Assembly (NCBI GenBank): GCA_002269645.1 | Contig: NIVC01000075.1 | Location: 195,760-259,759 of the forward strand | DNA: 64,000 nt | DNA from: Macrostomum lignano | Lineage: Eukaryota | Direction of reading: 5' to 3' | Shown: positions 57,501-64,000 of the stretch, one piece after another | How positions within the stretch are numbered: position 1 is the stretch's first letter | Layout: every line of letters starts with the position of its first letter | Notes under the pieces: generated by a model | The model's input: the letters and a program-made list of their open reading frames with translations, nothing else | Databases searched by the model: none | Told to the model about the DNA's origin: nothing | Position numbers and translations under genes: made by a program

Positions 57501-60500
57501 AAGAACTGACAGCTCTGTTTTTTGCTAATTTGTTACAAAAAGCTGTAGAGAATAATTTGCAAATGTTAAAATAGAATACTGCAGGTTTTCTTATGCACTC
57601 TAGTATGATTATTAAGTAAATGATGTTTCATATTGCATCCATTTTATCCATTAACAGGCAATGGTCAGGTGCAGCTGTGCTCCAATTGTTTCTTTGAGTA
57701 TCATGTTGGACCATTAGCTGTTGCCCACAAGCCAACCTTGGTGTCTAAAGAGGTGAGCAGCTCACTGCATGTTTCAACTTGCTTTTTTGTAATTAACTTT
57801 TTAATGAATTAAAACTGCTTTGTGATAACACCAAAAAACCCTAAAAATTCAGGCGCTGTTCGAGCTGTGGGAAAAAGAAAAGCAAGACTGTGCCACTTAT
57901 CTGGCTGCAGCAAAACACTGCTCCCAGGAGCTACAGAATCTGTTGTGTTCAAAGGACTCTAGCCTGATCGAAGAGGAGTGAGTATTGTTTTTTTGGTGCA
58001 TTTACAAGTGAGACAGGTTGGTGGAGAAAAGACACAAAGCAACGAGCTAAAAAAGCATAAAATGGCATGCAATTTTACACCTATTGTTTTTCCAGCTGCC
58101 AGGCCGTTAGCGCTCGGATTAACGCAGACGCGGACGCAATAGTGGCTAAATTGGCTGGCCTTACCGACCAGGTAAACAGTCTGCGCAAGGATGCAATCAA
58201 CTTCGTGTCCAGCCGTTACGAGGAGAAACGCGACAATCTTGTTAAGACAAAACAGCGTCTAGACAAGTCTGTTACAGATTTTACCGATTTGAGTCTTCAA
58301 CTGGACGCAGTTAGTAGCGCAAAAAGTGACGATGAGTTGTTGCAGAAGTTTCTTAGTATGAATCAGGTGAGTTAATAGCACTGAATACTTTGTAATTCAT
58401 TGTTATCAGGCATCTAGACCACTATATAAGCCGCCCGACTTTCTGTCTCAGATGAAGCCCAGCCTCCAGCGCTGCTTACCCTCGGAGAATCTGATGGACA
58501 CCGACCCGACTGGTTGGTACGCTTTGCCGTTGCCAGCCAATTGCGACATACTTGCTAGCCTAACCGAATTGAAGCATCGCTTAGATAAACTCTCTGTCAG
58601 ACAGGAATGCGACGGCGCACTCGGTCAGGCGGCTTTCAATTATCTTGCTAAAGATTTGAAATCGTTAACCGCAAACAGTGACAAATCTCGGCGGCCTATA
58701 GTTCGATGCTGCCTACTGTCCGATCTGTCCCCGTATGGCATATTTACCGCTTGCCAGGCATCCCCAGTCCGATTCGAGCTGATCAGCCATATCCAGTCTG
58801 ATTTACAGCTGCGCAGAGCTGTTGAGCCGGGCTTTCGAACTGTTGTTGAAGCTTGCTCTGTTAAGGCAACTTCCCCATTGGCGCTGCGTCCAGATCAGCG
58901 AGTGTACGCCATGAGTCGCGACGGCACCTGGGGTCGCGGGCGAGTCCTGTCCGAATCATCCGCCAGCGTGTCAGTTCGATTCTTTGATCTTGGCAAAACT
59001 GAAAACATCAGTAGAGATCGCATAGTGGATGCTGAATCCGATACCAGGTATTCGGCTGTGCCTGAGCTCAGCTTTGAATGCTGCTTAGCGGAACCAGCTC
59101 AACAGGCTGTGCTAAAAGACCCAAATTGGTTCGCAAATCGCATTGGCGGCCAAGATGGTCGAGCGTTTCTATTACGATCAGCTGGCGAGTGCCGATTCCG
59201 ATCTAGGCGGGTGCTGCGTGTCGAAGCCTGGCCCGATAATGACGCCGAAACTGATCATGCCGTTGTTGACGAAGATTTTGCAGCTAAATTGGCTGCGGAT
59301 TTCTCCGACTTGCTGACCGGAGCCGTTAAAGAAACGGTTAGCAGTCATGCTGCTTCTCATCATCGGGACATTCGATTGCAGGAGAATCCCGACCTGCCGT
59401 GCCAGGTGTACACATTCAGTGCCACTACTACCGCGGCGCCTTCATCCACGCCCTCAGTTGCTTTGAACGCAATATCGCCATTTGAAGAAGAGTTCGCGCC
59501 GCTAATCCGTCAGGGCATGTTGCGCCCCATTGCCGACGATGAAGCCGGTATGTTAAACGGCGGCCGCGCTGTTGACAGCGATGCCGAGGGGCTGGATTAT
59601 GCCGAGGACGACGAAGACAACGATCAAGTTGTTGTGCTCGTGGATCGGAACGCCGTACGGGCTGCGTCCTTGCCCGGCTCCCAGGTCACTAGTCCGACCT
59701 CTTCGAGTGTCTCCGTTCAGCAGCAGCAGCAACAGCAGCAACAGCTGTTGCAACAACAGCACCAGTTGCAATTGTACTCTCAGCAAATGTCGCTGCCAAT
59801 GCAGCTGCAGCATCAGCTTCATCACCAGACTCATCCGCCGCCGCCGCCGCCTCAGTCCATGATGCTGCCACCGCCTATTCCACAGGTCAGCCAGTCCATG
59901 CCTCTGCAGTATGGCCATCATCAGCATCCGCCACCGCATCATCACCCTCATCATCCTCACCATCATCACGCCATGTCGCACGCTCCGCCAATGTCTGACT
60001 ATGCCCAATCGGATTATTCCCACTCCGGTTTGTACGCGGCGCCTCATCATCATCCGCAGCGGCAGCAGCAGCATCATCCGCAGCATCCGATGCAGCTGGA
60101 TCTGTCAAGTATGATTAGCCCGCATTTCCTACCGACGCCCGGTCAGCCACCGCCGCCGCAGCATTTAGTCTATAGCCAACCGCCACCGCAGATGCCGCCG
60201 CCAACTGGTTATCACCATGGGCCTCATCCCAGTCAACAGCCGCCGGTGACAATGTCAATGCAGCCAATGCATCATCCTGTAATAGTGCCAGTGTCCGATT
60301 GTATTGCAGCTGGTGCTATTGTTAATGGCGGCAGTAGTACTAATGGCAGAAATAATGGCGCTGGTGGCTCTAGTACTAGCCCGTATTATTATTCCGAACC
60401 CAGGCCAGAAGTGGAGTGCCCAGGGAATTCCGCTGAGCTACACGATGACGAAGTGCCCGACAATGGAGAGCGTAATGAAGAAGGTAATTAATTTCATTCC

Positions 60501-63367
60501 AATAAGCAATATTGCCAATTCTTACTTGTGCGGGATTTGGGTACTGGAACCGGAACCTGGCAGAGATTCTCGGGTCTTAAAACTTCGGGAAGGCCTAGGT
60601 ACAGTAGGTGAGCCTATCCCGAGTAAAGGCGTGGCATTCACAGATAAAGTGCTCCGCATTCTCAATACGGGAGAGGCAAAATGAGATTTCCTCGCTACGG
60701 ATTCCTCCCTGGGGGTGGCACGCGCTCACATAGGGTGTACAAGCACCCAAGGTTCACGGGATCAAGCCTGGGGTACTATAGCGCGAGAGTCAGACCCGTT
60801 ATCTTCTGAGCCCGTTATCACATAAATCAACTTGTTTTGCAGAAAAAGAAGAGAAAGAAGAGGAGGAGGAATGCGGCCACAATGCCGAAGAAGATGCCGA
60901 AGAATACGATGTCGGCGACGAGCAAGACGAAAGAGACGGGGATTATGATGATCAGGAGGCGGAGGAAGCGGATGAAGATTTTCACGAAGCCGAAGAGTCG
61001 CCTTTCGATTCCTTATCGGGGGATGAACGCCGTTGGACCAGCCGCAGCGCCAACTGGGAGGATGTGGTGGCAGCCGATGAGAAAGCCAAAGCTGACTCCG
61101 CCGCCGCTGCTGAGGCACTGAAGAAGACTGAGCGATCGTCTGACGGCGCGTCGCCTCAGACAACTCCTAAGCTGGCCAGTCCGGCTCCGCCTGCGGCTAC
61201 TAGCAGCCGATTCAATGGCTGGCAATATAACGTATTAAAGAACACCCTACAGAAACGGGCAACTAGTCCCGACACTACTGCCGCTGCCGCCGCAGACGCT
61301 TCGACGAGGCACGTTCAACCAGCGACTGGACAGCAGCCGCGTCAGCAGTCGCCGATGACTGGGGACAGTCGAGGAGGAGGAGCAGGACTTCGTCAACCGC
61401 GCCGGGATGAACGCGGCGGAGGCGGCTTTCGAGGCGGAGGCGACAGAGGGCCTGGCACTAAGCGTTCCGGGTAAATGCGGTGTTTAATCCTTTGATTTAC
61501 TTCTACAGCACTTTTTAGTCAACTCTTTAACTAGGGGTTTGGAGTGCCTTTAAGTTTGATTTCCAGTGTTATGCGTGATTAATTATTGGGAATCGAATTG
61601 TTTAAGATCACGTAAATTGAAAGCTAGCACGGTCACGTAAAAGTCACCATGGGAGTCACATGAGGGTCACTGGTCAAATACGTGCTATGTGTAGGTCATG
61701 AATTCGTGTAGGTCACATACGAGTTATAAGTAGGTCACATACGAGTTATGAGTAGGTCACATACGAGTTATGAGTAGGTCACATACGAGTTATGTGTAGG
61801 TCACATACGTGCTGTGTGTAGGTCACATACGAGTTATGTGTAGGTCACATACGTGCTATGTGTAGGTCACATACGAGTTACATGCAGGTCATATACAAGT
61901 CACATGTAGGTCACACATGGAACCAACCATTCTAAACTTTAATGCACAGGTGTTTGTGTTTCTTAAATATTGTAGAAACAAATTGCTTCTCACTTCTAAA
62001 CTCAAACTTGTCTCTCTAAGTTTGGCTGCTTCCTTTTTAGCGGTGGAAAACAGCAGCGCAATATTGATCGGCCCGCATCTGGCGTTGGCGGCGGCAACAG
62101 CAAAAGGGTTTCAGGACCATCGAGCGCCGTTGGAGTGCCGCCCGTCGTTTTTGGCCGAGCTGCTGCCCCTACTGCGCCCAGATTAATGGGCACCGGCGGC
62201 GGTCGCTTACCACCTGCTAAAGGGTGAGCGAAAGCAAATATCTGCTTTTAAGTTTTAACCTGAGATCAAATGCGGGTGCAGTTTTTTACACCCTGGTGCA
62301 TTGCAATCAAAACCCCAGCTCCAAAAGCTATCAACACTAGCTCCAGGTTGTCAGAACCCTAGCTCCAGAGAGTCAGAACCCTAGCTGCAGGGTGTCAGAA
62401 TCCTAACTCCAATATGTCAGAACCCTTAGCCTAAAGTTGTCAGAACCCTAGCCTCAAGATGTCAGAACCCTAGCTCCAGGGTGTCAGAACCCTAGCTCCA
62501 AGTTGTCAGAACCCTAGCCTCAAGTTGTCAGAACCCTAGCTCCAGGGTGTCAGAACCCTAGCTCCAAGTTGTCAGAACCCTTAGCCTCAAGTTGTCAGAA
62601 CCCTAGCCTCAAGATGTCAGAACCCTAGCTCCAGGGTGTCAGAACCCTAGCTCCAAAGTTGTCAGAACCCTAGCCTCAAGATGTCAGAACCCTAGCTCCA
62701 GGGTGTCAGAACCCTAGCCTCAAGTTGTCAGAACCCTAGCTTCAGGGTGTCAGAACCCTAGCTCCAAGTTGTCAGAACCCTTAGCCTCAAGTTGTCAGAA
62801 CCCTAGCCTCAAGATGTCAGAACCCTAGCTCCAGGGTGTCAGAACCCAAGCTCCAAGTTGTCAGAACCCTTAGCCTCAAGTTGTCAGAACCCTAGCCTCA
62901 AGATGTCAGAACCCTAGCTCCAGGGTGTCAGAACCCTAGCTCCCAAGTTGTCAGAACCCTAGCCTCAAGATGTCAGAACCCTAGCTCCAGGGTGTCAGAA
63001 CCCTAGCTCCAAGTTGTCAGAACCCTAGCTCCAGGGTGTCAGAACCCTAGCTCCAAGATGTCAGAACCCTAGCTCCAGGATGTCATAACCCTAGATCTAT
63101 TGGTCTCAAACCACTGCACCTACTCATCACACACAGGTTGGCTCCAGTTGACAAGCCCCATCAGCCTCAACAACAACAACAACAACAGCAGCAGCAGCAA
63201 AACTCCTGTGGCAATTGCGGTTTGCCGACGTCGCACTGCCGATGCCAGATGGCCTCGGGCCGCGGCCAGCGCACAGGAGGCGGCGGTGGCAAGAAGAGCG
63301 GCAGGCCTAAAAGTGGCCGAGGACAAAACCGGTCTGACAGGAGACCGTCGAATTCCGATATTAAGAG
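54541..63367 (+). CDS. B-box zinc finger / coiled-coil / extended Tudor protein with Q/H/P-rich, acidic and G/R-rich regions (RNF17/Qin-like architecture), ~1208 aa in the window; exons 54541-54601, 57658-57752, 57853-57977, 58096-58366, 58452-60483, 60843-61470, 62041-62223, 63137-63367, probably continuing past the window
   Basis: All splice phases match. MKCSRC..YCTGC..LCSNCFFEYH..AH is B-box-like, followed by a helical coil exon and Tudor LRPDQRVYAMSRDGTWGRGRV..VRFFDLGKTE..YSAVPELSFECCL. The last exon may instead stop at TGA 63369-63371. Confidence 0.82.
61680..61915. repeat. 22-bp tandem repeat (GTAGGTCACATACGAGTTATG(A/T))n, intronic
   Basis: Period 22 (ACGAGTTATG at 61741 and 61763). 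Confidence 0.93.
62345..63085. repeat. 22-bp minisatellite (GTCAGAACCCTAGCTCCAGGGT and variants), ~33 units, intronic
   Basis: GTCAGA recurs at 62461, 62483 and 62505. Confidence 0.95.
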
Positions 63368-63384
63368 GTGAGTGAGATCTCAGT

Positions 63385-64000
63385 GAGATCCTCGATTGCT
63401 GGGCCAGCCTCCCAGATCCTCGATTGCTGGGCCAGCCTCCCAGATTCTCAGTTGCTGGGCCAGCCTCCTAGATCCTCAGTTGCTGGGCCAGCCTCCCAGA
63501 TCCTCAGTTGCTGGGCCAGTCTCCCAGATCCTCAGTTGCTGGGCCAGCATCCCAGATTCTCAGTTGCTGGGCCAGCCTCCCAGATCCTCAGTTGCTGGGC
63601 CAGCCTCCCAGATTCTCAGTTGCTGGGCCAGCCTCCCAGATCCTCGATTGCTGGGCCAGCCTCCCAGAGCCTCAGTTGCTGGGCCAGCCTCCCAGATCCT
63701 CAGTTGCTGGGCCAGCCTCCCAGAGCCTCAGTTGCTGGGCCAGCCTCCCAGATCCTCAGTTGCTGGGCCAGCCTCCCAGATCCTCAGTTGCTGGGCCAGC
63801 CTCCCAGATTCTCAGTTGCTGGGCCAGCCTCCCTGATCTTCAGTTGCTGGGCCAGTCTCCCAGATTCTCAGTTGCTGGGCCAGCCTCCCAGATTCTCAGT
63901 TGCTGGGCCAGCATCCCAGATTCTCAGTTGCTGGGCCAGTCTCCCAGATTCTCAGTTGCTGGGCCAGCCTCCCAGATCCTCAGTTGCTGGGCCAGCATCC
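63385..64000. repeat. 28-bp minisatellite (GGGCCAGCCTCCCAGATCCTCAGTTGCT)n, running off the window end
   Basis: Period 28; starts just after the GTGAGT donor at 63368. Confidence 0.96.

Noticed and set aside
59178-60114. Several overlapping antisense and alternative-frame ORFs
   Set aside because: By-products of the GC-rich CAG/CAT/CCG codon runs in the Tudor gene's low-complexity exon.
60540-60800. RNase P/MRP or U3 RNA (GGGAAGGCCTAG resembles conserved region I)
   Set aside because: No complementary P4 partner or conserved region V was found, and no U3 box motifs.
62345-63085. Telomere-derived sequence (AACCCTA within the unit)
   Set aside because: A single AACCCTA(G) embedded in a 22-bp unit; no tandem TTAGGG.

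Overview
Eukaryotic (invertebrate animal) genomic DNA with GT-AG introns and many TEs. The repeat style is reminiscent of the flatworm Macrostomum, but that assignment is inference only. The first ~51 kb is a head-to-tail + strand array of five paralogs (g0 partial, g1-g4) of a 7-exon gene I reconstructed by splice-phase matching. It encodes a ~670-aa secreted protein: signal peptide, vWA1, two 4-Cys modules, vWA2, one 4-Cys module, then a VWC-like Cys-rich tail. Much of the array is a ~21.5-kb near-identical tandem duplication. The copies are patchworks of each other. The near-identical pair g1/g3 differs almost only by amino-acid-changing substitutions clustered around the MIDAS face of vWA2, which makes this a candidate diversifying recognition/adhesion locus. 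Introns and spacers hold (TCTA)n, (CAGT)n and 29/64-bp VNTRs, mariner/hAT/Mutator-like MITEs, a 5'-inverted Penelope fragment ending in a hammerhead-like core, a Ty3/gypsy LTR-gag relic interrupted by a P-superfamily element (8-bp TSD), and two deleted Crypton-like tyrosine-recombinase copies. Downstream lie an insulin-like peptide gene with an atypical A chain and a large B-box/coiled-coil/Tudor gene with long low-complexity regions that probably continues past the window. All alignments, counts and exon coordinates were made by eye; no database searches were run.
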